This document shows, in pieces, positions 55,424-63,583 of a DNA stretch of 64,000 nt. The stretch lies in the IMG/VR virus record IMGVR_UViG_3300028840_005860, positions 62,001 through 126,000 of that record; one strand, written 5' to 3'. The position numbers and the translations under genes were made by a program. The stretch's first letter is position 1. The number at the start of each line of letters is the position of its first letter. Under the pieces are notes generated by a model, which ran no database searches, was not told the origin of the DNA, and worked only from the letters and a program-made list of their open reading frames with translations.

Positions 55424-56479
55424 TTACCAGACTCCGACCCGGACCTCGCCGGGATCTCCCTGAATCACGACGACGTTCTCGGGGTCGCAGGAGACGTTCT
55501 CGGGCAGGATGTTGAGCCCCTTCTGGAAGCCCATCTCGAGCACGCTCTTGAGATCAGCGAGTTTCTCGGTGCCGCCTAGGGCCTCGACGTCGTCGCGGTA
55601 GTGATCGAACCAGGGGTACTTGCTGTTCGTGTACGTCTCGGCAGTGATCGGCGTGGCCGGAGCCTCCTGGCCCGTGATGGCGCGCCACGCGAGCGAGTTC
55701 GCGAGGTGCACGAAGCAGCGTGCCCGCGCCGAGGTCTTCCACGCGTCGAGCCCGTGCGTGTCCTTGAAGATCTGCTGCTTCATCTTTCCGCCGGGCGCGA
55801 GGCCCATGTCGGCAGTGACGGCGTTGCAGCCGCGCATCATGTGTCTGCTGCGCCTGCTGGACAGCCGGATGCCGGCCATGCCTCGCCTCCCGCGTCCGGA
55901 GAAGTCGCGCTCGATCTTCGGGAACTTCTCGTCGAAGACCTTCGGGTCCATCGGAAAGACCTCGATCTGGAGTCCGCCGTGTTCGGCCTTCTCCGTGATC
56001 TGCTCCTCGGCCGTGAACCCCCACCCGAGAGGCGCGGCGATGAACTGTCGGATCTCGCCCTCCTTCACGACGTAGCCGTCGAGCCATGGCTGTGGCGGGA
56101 CTACGAGGTAGTCCTTCTCGGTCAGGCCCTCCTTCCACTCCTTGCCGGTGACGGCCGACACCTTGCCGGTGGCGACCTTGACCGCGAAGGGGTACCGGGT
56201 GTTGCGGTCGGAGATGTGGGGGGAGCGAAAGCTGATCCAGAGGGCTTCGCTCTGGTACATGGGCAGCATCACGCCCCCGTGTTCGACCCAGTTCGCCGGC
56301 ACGCGTTCACGGAACTCATCGATGAGTTTCATGGGGAAGTTCCCGAGTCCCGGAGGGAGCGGGTAGGTCTTGTCGTCGTCCGGGATCCGCAGGGTTCGCT
56401 GGAACGTGACCGATAGCGTCGCCTGCTCGTGGATCTCGGGGAAGCTGAAGTGCAGGGTGTCTCGTTCGAGTTTCAACAT
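55424..56479 (-). CDS. conserved hypothetical protein (bacterial/fungal family of unknown function)
   Basis: FQRTLRIPDD...LPPGLG.FP; LPMYQSEALWISF; QPWLDG; RQFIA.PLG.G.T.EEQIT; MGLA.GG...Q.I..D. Confidence 0.8.
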   Translation of the reverse strand: MLKLERDTLHFSFPEIHEQATLSVTFQRTLRIPDDDKTYPLPPGLGNFPMKLIDEFRERVPANWVEHGGVMLPMYQSEALWISFRSPHISDRNTRYPFAVKVATGKVSAVTGKEWKEGLTEKDYLVVPPQPWLDGYVVKEGEIRQFIAAPLGWGFTAEEQITEKAEHGGLQIEVFPMDPKVFDEKFPKIERDFSGRGRRGMAGIRLSSRRSRHMMRGCNAVTADMGLAPGGKMKQQIFKDTHGLDAWKTSARARCFVHLANSLAWRAITGQEAPATPITAETYTNSKYPWFDHYRDDVEALGGTEKLADLKSVLEMGFQKGLNILPENVSCDPENVVVIQGDPGEVRVGVW

Positions 56480-56513
56480 GGTTCTGTCCTCCTGTTCACA
56501 TCGGGTTTGGGTT

Positions 56514-56870
56514 TCACCAGTCGCCGTCTCGGACTTCCTGGGCGACACGGTCGAAGGTCTCGGTCGGCTTGCCGCCGAGCGCCTCGATGACCTTCGCGAA
56601 TGCCTCCGGCTGCTCGATGATCAGGTCGAGCAGCTCCGACCGGACCTTGCCCGCGAGGGCGAGGAGCCTGTCTGGATCCTCACCTAGTTCATGAGCGAGT
56701 TTCACGATGTTCTCCTCACTCGGCAAAGCGTCCCCTTTGCCGGTCTCGATCCGGCTGAGAAACGTCGGGGAGATCCCGACCCGCTGAGCGACTCTCCGCA
56801 GCCCGAATTCTGGGTCCTGCGCCGCCTTGGCCTCGCGAAGAGCGCGAACGCGCTGTCCGAACGCCGACAT
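56514..56870 (-). CDS. XRE-family HTH transcriptional regulator
   Basis: FGQRVRALR...LRRVAQRVGISPTFLSRIETG...PS. Confidence 0.9.
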   Translation of the reverse strand: MSAFGQRVRALREAKAAQDPEFGLRRVAQRVGISPTFLSRIETGKGDALPSEENIVKLAHELGEDPDRLLALAGKVRSELLDLIIEQPEAFAKVIEALGGKPTETFDRVAQEVRDGDW

Positions 56871-56967
56871 GGTGTTGACTGTTTACCACCCACGCAACAG
56901 AAGGTCAAGCACTTGAATCCCGGCGCGTTTCTCGCTCTATCGACCCCCAGCTTGAAGGAGGTCACGT

Positions 56968-57177
56968 ATGCGCACATTGCTCATCTCCGCAGCGGCACTG
57001 CTGCTCATCTCCGGCTGCCCCGAGGCCGAGGAGGCCAAGGAGGTCAAGAAGGAGGAGGACAAGGCGGCCGAGGCGAAGGAGCCTGAGGCCAAGAAGGCCG
57101 AGGAAAAGAAGGCCGAGGAGAAGAAGGCCCCTGAGGCGAAGGCCGAGGAGAAGAAGGCCCCCGAGACGAAGAAGTAG
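56968..57177 (+). CDS. small lipoprotein with AEEKK repeats
   Basis: Lipobox LISG-C; K/E/A-rich repeats. Confidence 0.75.
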   Translation: MRTLLISAAALLLISGCPEAEEAKEVKKEEDKAAEAKEPEAKKAEEKKAEEKKAPEAKAEEKKAPETKK

Positions 57178-57180
57178 TCG

Positions 57181-58068
57181 TCAGCTCGCGGAGGCCAGGA
57201 GCCAACGTCGCGCGACCCGTCGTGTCATCTCGTGCCCGAGGTCGAGCTCGAGGCTCAGCAGCGTGCGCTCCTCGCCGCCCTCGGCCATGTGCTCCTTGGC
57301 CCCCGTCGTCCCGGGCTGTGACGGACGGGTCGGCCTGCCGGCGCTCATCCACTGGCGGAACCGCCTGCGGACGAGCTCGGCGAACCGGGGGTCGCTCTTG
57401 ATCAGGTAGTCGGCCCTGACGGTCGGATGCTGGTCGCGGCTCTCAGCGTTCGTGTTGGGGACCTGCTTCGCGCCGCCGTCGAACATGACGTCCATGAACT
57501 TGTCCCACGTGCGCTCGGCCTTCGCCTCTTCGATGTAGTGCGGGTGGAACTGGAAGCCCTCCTCCTCGGCGGCCCGCTGGAAGTCGCGGAGGTGCGACTC
57601 GCGGTCCTCGTAGAAGTGGATCTTCCTCGCGTGAGGGGTCTCGTCCATGATCCGCTTCATCTCGCGGATCTTGTAGGGCCTCGTCTGCTCCTTCTTCTGC
57701 TTGAGGACGAGCTCGTCGGGCTCGCCCACCTGGGAGAGCAGCTCGAGGATCTTGTCGCGGAAGGGTTCGGACCGGCCCGTGATGACGACCACCTTGGCGC
57801 GCGGGTTCTTCTTCGCCTTGCGGTATTCGTCGATGACGCGCTGGACGTACCAGTTCTGGTTTGGGTCAGACGGGACCAGAGGGTCGGCGAGCGATTGCGG
57901 ATCGTGCCAGAAGCTCCCGTGCTGGCTCTTCGGGACGTCGGGAGGAGGCCCTGGACTGTGGAAGATCGTGTGATCGAAGTCGAAGAAGTGCACCTCGGTC
58001 TTCGGCCCGGTCTCCTGGCGCTCGCGCTTCTTCCTGGTGGGCGCGCGTCTGGCAGATCGCAGGAACAT
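57181..58068 (-). CDS. Swiss-Army-Knife RNA-repair-like HAD phosphatase
   Basis: FFDFDHTIFHSP; VVITGRSE; LVLK...T..YK; FYEDRESH. Confidence 0.7.
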   Translation of the reverse strand: MFLRSARRAPTRKKRERQETGPKTEVHFFDFDHTIFHSPGPPPDVPKSQHGSFWHDPQSLADPLVPSDPNQNWYVQRVIDEYRKAKKNPRAKVVVITGRSEPFRDKILELLSQVGEPDELVLKQKKEQTRPYKIREMKRIMDETPHARKIHFYEDRESHLRDFQRAAEEEGFQFHPHYIEEAKAERTWDKFMDVMFDGGAKQVPNTNAESRDQHPTVRADYLIKSDPRFAELVRRRFRQWMSAGRPTRPSQPGTTGAKEHMAEGGEERTLLSLELDLGHEMTRRVARRWLLASAS

Positions 58069-58171
58069 GCCTCACCGGACGCCGCACGATAGGTGAATTA
58101 CCGCTCCCGCCAGACGCGCGGACCCCCGAGCAGGGTTCGCCGGGGGTCCGTCACGTCGAGTTGAGCCCGAG

Positions 58172-58447
58172 CTAGGCTGCCTTGCGCGTCCGCGAGGGCA
58201 CCTTCCTGGTGGCCGGCTTCTTCCTGGCCGTGGCCTTCTTCTTCGGCGTGGTCTTGCGCGCCTTGGTCCGGTTGATCTTCTTCCTGGCCGTCGGCTTCTT
58301 GGCGGTCTTCTTCCTGGCCGTCGGCTTCTTGGCGGTCTTCTTCTTGGCGCGCGAGCTCGACGCCTTCTTCTTCGCGCGGGGCTTTGGGGTCTTCTTGGCC
58401 GTCGGCTTCTTCCCCGTCGGCTTCTTCGTCTTCGATCCGGTTGGCAT
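58172..58447 (-). CDS. histone H1-like (Hc2/AlgP-like) basic protein
   Basis: K/A/T/R/P-rich with repeated KKTAKKPTAR. Confidence 0.75.
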   Translation of the reverse strand: MPTGSKTKKPTGKKPTAKKTPKPRAKKKASSSRAKKKTAKKPTARKKTAKKPTARKKINRTKARKTTPKKKATARKKPATRKVPSRTRKAA

Positions 58448-58634
58448 GTGTTTCTCCGTCTTCGCAAAGAGGATGATGCGGCGGCGCCGCATCGTGAAAA
58501 TACTACCCGCGACGAGCCGGATCGTCTCGGCCGGTATGGTGGAAATTCGGCGGCTCGGTGACCGAGCTATCCGAGTACACGAGGCGAGGGGTCGTACAGC
58601 GCGGCCCCGCCACAGACGACAGGAGACAGGACAC

Positions 58635-59192
58635 ATGACCGACACGAAACAGACCTCGAGGCTGCCGGGCGACGAGGAGACGGCCACGGAGTCGTCGATC
58701 CAGCCCGATCCGAAGGAGGAGGGGCCGCGGCCCGTCGTCCAGATCAAGGGGAACGACGAGCTCTACCGCCTGCACCGGGAAGGGAGGCTCGGCCAGGGGG
58801 CCCGTCGTCCCGATCCGACCGACCCGACCCGAGGATTCGACGTGAGGCCCAGGGAGTACACCGTCGAGCGCGACGACAACCTTCCCCTGCGGTTCACGGG
58901 TCGCCTGGTCGGCTGGAACGAGGTCGACCCCTCGGTCCCTCGAGGGACGAGGGTGACGATCTTCGTCACCCGCTCCACCCGGATCGTGACCGCGGTGCAC
59001 CAGTGGCAGCGAGGCGAGAAGAGCGAACGCAGCCGCCACGACGCCGGAGTGCACGACAGACCCGACGAGGCCCTGGCGTGGCTCATCCGAGACGGCGGCA
59101 ATCAGCTCGGCCGCAGCTCGCGAGAGGCGTGGGAGATGGCCTGCCAGGTCTGGCCCGCCTTCAAGGGTCACGACGTCGAGGTCATCGACTAG
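58635..59192 (+). CDS. hypothetical protein
   Basis: MTDTKQTS..., SD AGGAG. Confidence 0.7.
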   Translation: MTDTKQTSRLPGDEETATESSIQPDPKEEGPRPVVQIKGNDELYRLHREGRLGQGARRPDPTDPTRGFDVRPREYTVERDDNLPLRFTGRLVGWNEVDPSVPRGTRVTIFVTRSTRIVTAVHQWQRGEKSERSRHDAGVHDRPDEALAWLIRDGGNQLGRSSREAWEMACQVWPAFKGHDVEVID

Positions 59193-59356
59193 CCCGGTGA
59201 CCGTCCGATGGTGCGCCGTCGGTGAGACGCGCCGGCCGGCGCCCGGAGGGTTCTCGGGATCCGACGACGCCCGAGTAGGAGAAGCGGGACAGCCCTCCTG
59301 GCCATGTCCTCCGGTCGGGGTTCGACTCCCCGGCGGCGCGCCGTGAAGATTCCGGC

Positions 59357-59385
59357 TTGACTTCGCGTCGAAACTCGCGTATCCC
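59357..59385 (+). promoter_or_regulatory. sigma70-type promoter upstream of the Arg/Ser tRNA cluster
   Basis: TTGACT-17-TATCCC; shares TTGACTTCGCGTC with 33898. Confidence 0.65.
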
Positions 59386-59560
59386 GTTGGAACGAGGTAC
59401 CAATCATGACTCTCCAGATCATCAACCGTCGAGCGTACTGTCCCGCTGCAGCACCACTCGCTGCCGCCGCGGCCGGTTCATGCTCCGGATCGTGGTCTGG
59501 GGCGGGTACCGAGCCCAGTAGCGGCGCTCTGTCCAGGCAGAGACGCCCCGTCTAGCACAC

Positions 59561-59636
59561 GGGGCACTAGCTCAACGGACAGAGCAGCGGCCTTCTAAGC
59601 CGCCGGTTGCAGGTTCAAGTCCTGCGTGCCCTGCCA
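59561..59636 (+). tRNA. tRNA-Arg(TCT)
   Basis: gcggc-ct tct aa-gccgc; CCA. Confidence 0.92.
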
Positions 59637-59678
59637 CTACTGGGCGGACCCGAAGGGCCTCCGTCCAGGGAGAAATCT

Positions 59679-59765
59679 GGAGCGGTGGCCGAGAGGCCGA
59701 AGGCGTCGTCCTGCTAAGGCGAAGTGCTCGAGAGGGCACCGTGGGTTCGAATCCCACCCGCTCCG
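59679..59765 (+). tRNA. tRNA-Ser(GCT)
   Basis: tcgtc-ct gct aa-ggcga; long variable arm. Confidence 0.9.
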
Positions 59766-59776
59766 CAACGCCACAC

Positions 59777-59861
59777 GGGGTCGCAGCAGCTCCTCGCGGG
59801 GACGCCCCGAAGGAGTTTGGTAGGCGGGACGACCGCCGGGTTCGAATCCCACTGCGCCCCT
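59777..59861 (+). ncRNA. tRNA-like RNA (9-bp acceptor, 3-bp T stem, no D/anticodon cloverleaf)
   Basis: ggggtcgcag/ctgcgcccc; ggg-ttcgaat-ccc; long 13-bp arm and 5-bp arm. Confidence 0.5.
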
Positions 59862-59865
59862 CTTT

Positions 59866-59952
59866 GGAAGGTAGGCGAATGTTGGTTCGTCGCGCTCGCC
59901 TGGAAAGCGAGTGGGCCACACGGTCCCGAGAGTTCGATTCTCTCACCTTCCG
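59866..59952 (+). tRNA. tRNA-Ser(GGA)
   Basis: ctcgc-ct gga aa-gcgag; long variable arm. Confidence 0.88.
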
Positions 59953-59960
59953 CCGGACAT

Positions 59961-60047
59961 GGAAGGCCAAGCAGATCGGCGACTGCATCCGGCTTGAACC
60001 CGGACGAGGCGTGACAGCCCTTGGGAGTTCGACTCTCCCGCCTTCCG
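59961..60047 (+). tRNA. tRNA-Ser(TGA)
   Basis: tccgg-ct tga ac-ccgga; long variable arm; C8. Confidence 0.85.
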
Positions 60048-60114
60048 CTGAGGACCGAAAAGGACCAACGCACCTGTTATTGACAAGCTCTAGCTACCTT
60101 TCTAACCTTTTCTC

Positions 60115-60780
60115 ATGAGGAAAAACCGAGCGCGAGCACGGATTGTGCTCAGCCAGATACCAAAACGAACCCTTCAAAAAATCGTCCGGGAGCACGCCAC
60201 TTTCGTCGGGGTGCTTCGACAACTGGACCTCAGTCCACGGAGCCGAACGACCGTTCAACTTCAAGACGTCCTCGATGAACGAGGGATCGATTACTCACAC
60301 ATCGAAAACCGTTCCCAGTTACGGTGGGAAAAAATCGCAGAGGTCATCGCATGTTCTCACTCTCACACGGAGGTCCTGACCAAACTCGGACTCAAAAACG
60401 CGGGCGGTAACCGAAAACACCTGATGAAGGAGATCGAGAAACGAGGGATCGACACATCTCATTTTCGTCGCAAAGCGTGGAACGAGGGCCGCCCCAGCCA
60501 CAATCGTGTCCCCGCACGAGAGATTTTGGTCCTACTGCCCGAGTCCGCGTACCGCACCCGACGAAGTCAACTACGCAGGGCCTTGCTGGAGATCGGGGTG
60601 GAGGAGGTCTGTCGGGAATGCGGTCAAGGGCCTGAATGGAACGGAAAGCCCCTGCGCTTGGACATCGATCACATCGACGGCAACTGGAGAAACAACAGGA
60701 GGAAAAATCTCAGGTTTCTGTGTCCGAACTGCCACACTCAAACACCCACATACGGAAATCGTGGAGGGTCAAGCCGATAG
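60115..60780 (+). mobile_element. HNH endonuclease with duplicated N-terminal RGID.SH repeat
   Basis: CRECG...WNGKPL.LDIDHIDG...NN...NLRFLCPNCH; the stop lies inside tRNA-Ser(CGA). Confidence 0.9.
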
Positions 60781-60855
60781 CTGGCGACGGCACCGGTTTC
60801 GAAAACCGGCGAGGTGTAACAGCCCTTCTGGGTTCGACCCCCAGGCCCTCCGCCA
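60763..60855 (+). tRNA. tRNA-Ser(CGA)
   Basis: ccggt-tt cga aa-accgg; long variable arm; CCA. Confidence 0.88.
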
Positions 60856-60856
60856 C

Positions 60857-60946
60857 GCGGATGTAGCTCAGCTGGCTAGACTGCAACCTTGAAAACCGGC
60901 ATGGGGCGACTCATCGGGGGTTTGAATCCCTCCTCCTCCGCTACCA
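60857..60946 (+). pseudogene. chimeric tRNA: Gly-type 5' end joined to a Ser(TGA)-type 3' half
   Basis: 5' part identical to the tRNA-Gly(GCC) start; 3' part cttgaaaaccgg...ggggg-tttgaat-ccctc-ctcctcc-g. Confidence 0.6.
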
Positions 60947-60963
60947 CGGAAAGATGACCGACG

Positions 60964-61188
60964 ATGCGAACAACAGATGGCGACTACCTTCTGCCCAACA
61001 TGACCCGAGAACAGGCTCTCCAGATTCGTGCCTGGCGCGAACGAGGAAGCTGGCGACAAGTCGCCACCCGGATCCATAACTCCATGTACCAAGGCGTCCC
61101 TGCCGAACACCAGAGCGCCGGTGAAGACATCTGCCGCCAAGCGGCCAACCTGCTCGGAGAAGACCCGGACCAAAGCCCCTGGAACTGA
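60964..61188 (+). CDS. hypothetical protein
   Basis: ORF track; lower GC; lies between 22-nt direct repeats. Confidence 0.55.
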   Translation: MRTTDGDYLLPNMTREQALQIRAWRERGSWRQVATRIHNSMYQGVPAEHQSAGEDICRQAANLLGEDPDQSPWN

Positions 61189-61194
61189 AAACAC

Positions 61195-61268
61195 GCGGAT
61201 GTAGCTCAGCTGGTCAGAGCGCGACGTTGCCAACGTCGATGTCGGGAGTTCGACTCTCCTCATCCGCT
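61195..61268 (+). tRNA. tRNA-Gly(GCC)
   Basis: cgacg-tt gcc aa-cgtcg. Confidence 0.92.
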
Positions 61269-61470
61269 CCGACGAACCCCAACAAGGAGAACGACACCAT
61301 CGATCATGACATCTTTCGCCCGGGCCTCTTGGAGGGCCTTTTTGGACCCGGACGCGCGCGGCGCCGGGGGCGACGAAAAGACCGCGAAGCCGTGGACCCG
61401 GAGCCTTCGCCGGCGCTCCGGTTCTCCTACCCGGTCGGGCAGCGCCGGGGCGCGGAAGCTGCCCAACCCT

Positions 61471-61541
61471 GCGCGTGAAGTGTTGTGGCTGCACACTTCC
61501 CTCCCTAGGAAGAAGCGAGGGTTCGATCCCCTCTACGCGCT
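61471..61541 (+). tRNA. tRNA-Gly(CCC)
   Basis: gcgcgtg/tacgcgc; cttcc-ct ccc ta-ggaag. Confidence 0.8.
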
Positions 61542-61557
61542 CCGCGAAAGGAAACCC

Positions 61558-61740
61558 ATGACACCGAGATACCATAAGCTCAGGGGCCACCTGGCGGCCA
61601 CGCATCACTGGTCGTGGTTCCCCGTCAGCAAGAACCGGCTCGCCCGTCGGGCGCGCCGGGCTCTCAAGCGGGCGACCCGCAGGGAGGTCAAGCGACACGG
61701 GCTAACCCTGATCGAGGAGGGGTTGAACGACAGGGGATGA
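61558..61740 (+). CDS. small basic protein
   Basis: MTPRYHKLRG...RRARRALKRATRRE. Confidence 0.5.
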   Translation: MTPRYHKLRGHLAATHHWSWFPVSKNRLARRARRALKRATRREVKRHGLTLIEEGLNDRG

Positions 61741-62086
61741 GAGGACCAGGTGGGCCCAGTGCCACCTCGAGCGCCGCACGGAGATCGGGACCGAGGAGAC
61801 GACGTCCTGGTTCCCGGTCCGACACGCGAGGGTCGGGAACTCGGTCGAGCTCAAAAGAGGCGACGGAGAGTGGACGACGGGCTGGATCGTGAGGCGGGCC
61901 CGGCCCGAGGTCGACGAACCCCCCGACTGGAGGAAGGCGATCAGACAGCACAGACACCGAACGGGAGACGACAGACCCAAGCAACGAAAGGAAGAGTGAA
62001 TTGGGAGCGGCAAACGAAAAGGAAGGGGCGGCAGGAACCTCGAGAACCTTCGCGTCTCGGGACACACCGAGGACGACCGTCCGGTC

Positions 62087-62329
62087 GTGTCGGGATGGTT
62101 CCCCCTCGTCAACTCCGAGGGCATCCCCCTCGACGTCCTGCTCGGTCAGTTCCAGCGCCGCGGCCTCGTGCCCGACTGGATCGACTTCGTCGAGAGCTGC
62201 CTCAGGTGCGACTGGAACGTTGGCTCCCTGAGGACCAAGATCGAGACCGCCGTGGGCGACGTTTACGGACCCGAACACAGAGGGGAGGTGATGAGGAGAT
62301 TCGACGACTACATGCGCATGCGGGAGTAG
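62087..62329 (+). CDS. small protein resembling an internal alanyl-tRNA synthetase segment
   Basis: SGWFPLVNSEGIPLDVLL..FQRRGLVPDWIDF resembles AlaRS G..AF.LYDT.GFPLDL.....ERGL.VD..GF; start uncertain. Confidence 0.45.
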   Translation: MSGWFPLVNSEGIPLDVLLGQFQRRGLVPDWIDFVESCLRCDWNVGSLRTKIETAVGDVYGPEHRGEVMRRFDDYMRMRE

Positions 62330-62392
62330 CTCAGCTGGCAGAGCGTCAGCCTTCCAAGCTGAATGTCGCGAGTTCGATTCTCGTCTCCCGCT
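62320..62392 (+). tRNA. tRNA-Gly(TCC)
   Basis: tcagc-ct tcc aa-gctga. Confidence 0.92.
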
Positions 62393-62396
62393 CAAT

Positions 62397-62472
62397 GGGG
62401 CCTTAGCTCAGATGGGAGAGCGCTGGTTTTGCACGCCGGAGGGCGTCGGTTCGAATCCGACAGGCTCCACCA
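62397..62472 (+). tRNA. tRNA-Ala(TGC)
   Basis: ctggt-tt tgc ac-gccgg; G3:U70; CCA. Confidence 0.88.
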
Positions 62473-62483
62473 GGAAGGACGAC

Positions 62484-62831
62484 ATGGCCAAGCCAATCGA
62501 AATAGACGGCATCCTCTACCGAAAACGCCGGGGGAGGCTCGTGAAGATCCCCGACGAGTGGGTGGGCCGCACGGTCGGTTCCCGGACGATCCGCAGGAGG
62601 CACTCCAAGACCAGAGCCAAGGCCATCTACGGCAAGGTGAACCGAGCCAAGGACAAGGCCGCGATGCGACGAGGCGAGGAGCCGCATCCGAAGAGCCGCA
62701 AGACGATAGGCTGCTGGCACCCGTTCTCGGGGCGCACCGACAGATACCGGAACAAGTACCGGACCCAACGATCGAGGAACACGAAACGACGAGACGACCA
62801 CCAAGGAGACGCAGGAGACGTGGGGCAGTAG
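62484..62831 (+). CDS. basic hypothetical protein
   Basis: MAKPIEIDGILYRKRRG...; SD AGGAAGGA. Confidence 0.6.
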   Translation: MAKPIEIDGILYRKRRGRLVKIPDEWVGRTVGSRTIRRRHSKTRAKAIYGKVNRAKDKAAMRRGEEPHPKSRKTIGCWHPFSGRTDRYRNKYRTQRSRNTKRRDDHQGDAGDVGQ

Positions 62832-62894
62832 CTCAGCTGGGAGAGCGCCACGTTCGCAACGTGGAAGTCGTGGGTTCGAATCCCACCTGCTCCA
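62822..62894 (+). tRNA. tRNA-Ala(CGC)
   Basis: ccacg-tt cgc aa-cgtgg. Confidence 0.9.
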
Positions 62895-62910
62895 CCGCAC
62901 CATGACACAC

Positions 62911-62983
62911 GGGGCCATAGCTCAACTGGGAGAGCACCACGCTGGCAGCGTGGGGGTTCGGAGTTCAAATCTCCGTGGCTCCA
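62911..62983 (+). tRNA. tRNA-Ala(GGC)
   Basis: ccacg-ct ggc ag-cgtgg. Confidence 0.9.
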
Positions 62984-63045
62984 CATCGCTCATCAACGTC
63001 GAAAGGAACCAGAGGAAACATGTAACAAACGAGGAGGTCGTCATC

Positions 63046-63261
63046 ATGCGCACCGTACACGCAGACATGAGCATGCGGAACCGAACCCGCGATTGGAAGA
63101 TCCCGCTCGGGGGCAACACCGCCTCCCTGAGGGCCATCGCCAAGCCGGGGACGGTGGTTCGCGTGACTGACGACGACATGGAAGTCGAGGCCCTGGTCGA
63201 GGTCAGCAACGGGATGCTCGTTGCTTCGCCGCGGTGGAAGACCCTGGCGTACGTCCACTGA
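63046..63261 (+). CDS. hypothetical protein
   Basis: MRTVHADM..., SD GAGGAGG. Confidence 0.55.
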   Translation: MRTVHADMSMRNRTRDWKIPLGGNTASLRAIAKPGTVVRVTDDDMEVEALVEVSNGMLVASPRWKTLAYVH

Positions 63262-63337
63262 CTCGGGTCCGACAAGCAAGGAGGGCATGCCTATGACACG
63301 TACAGAACGATGGCGAGGCTGTCGATGACAGCCTCCA

Positions 63338-63410
63338 AGGGCGTTAGCTCAGCTGGTAGAGCAGCGGTCTCCAAAACCGCAGGTCGGGGGTTCGAGACCC
63401 TCACGCCCTG
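63338..63410 (+). tRNA. tRNA-Trp(CCA)
   Basis: gcggt-ct cca aa-accgc. Confidence 0.92.
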
Positions 63411-63471
63411 CTGAGTCCAAGTCGAGAAGAGTACTCGTGGTCTCGCCTCCCGCAAGAGATGCAAAAGACCA

Positions 63472-63543
63472 GGCTGGATAGTCAAGTGGCAAGACGCTCG
63501 GCCGCAACCCGAGAGATCGTCGGTTCGATTCCGACTCCAGCCT
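63472..63543 (+). tRNA. tRNA-Cys(GCA)
   Basis: ctcgg-cc gca ac-ccgag; U73; C33 in place of U33. Confidence 0.85.
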
Positions 63544-63583
63544 CAGTTGATCGAACCCAGAAAGAGGGTTATGATGGGGTTCG

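Noticed and set aside
57040-57170. AEEKK nucleotide repeats as a mobile or regulatory repeat
   Set aside because: Explained by the low-complexity lipoprotein coding sequence
59408-59555. Short ORF/leader after the 59357 promoter as an amino-acid attenuator
   Set aside because: It has an Ala run and a hairpin but no terminator U-tract or clear antiterminator, so the evidence is insufficient
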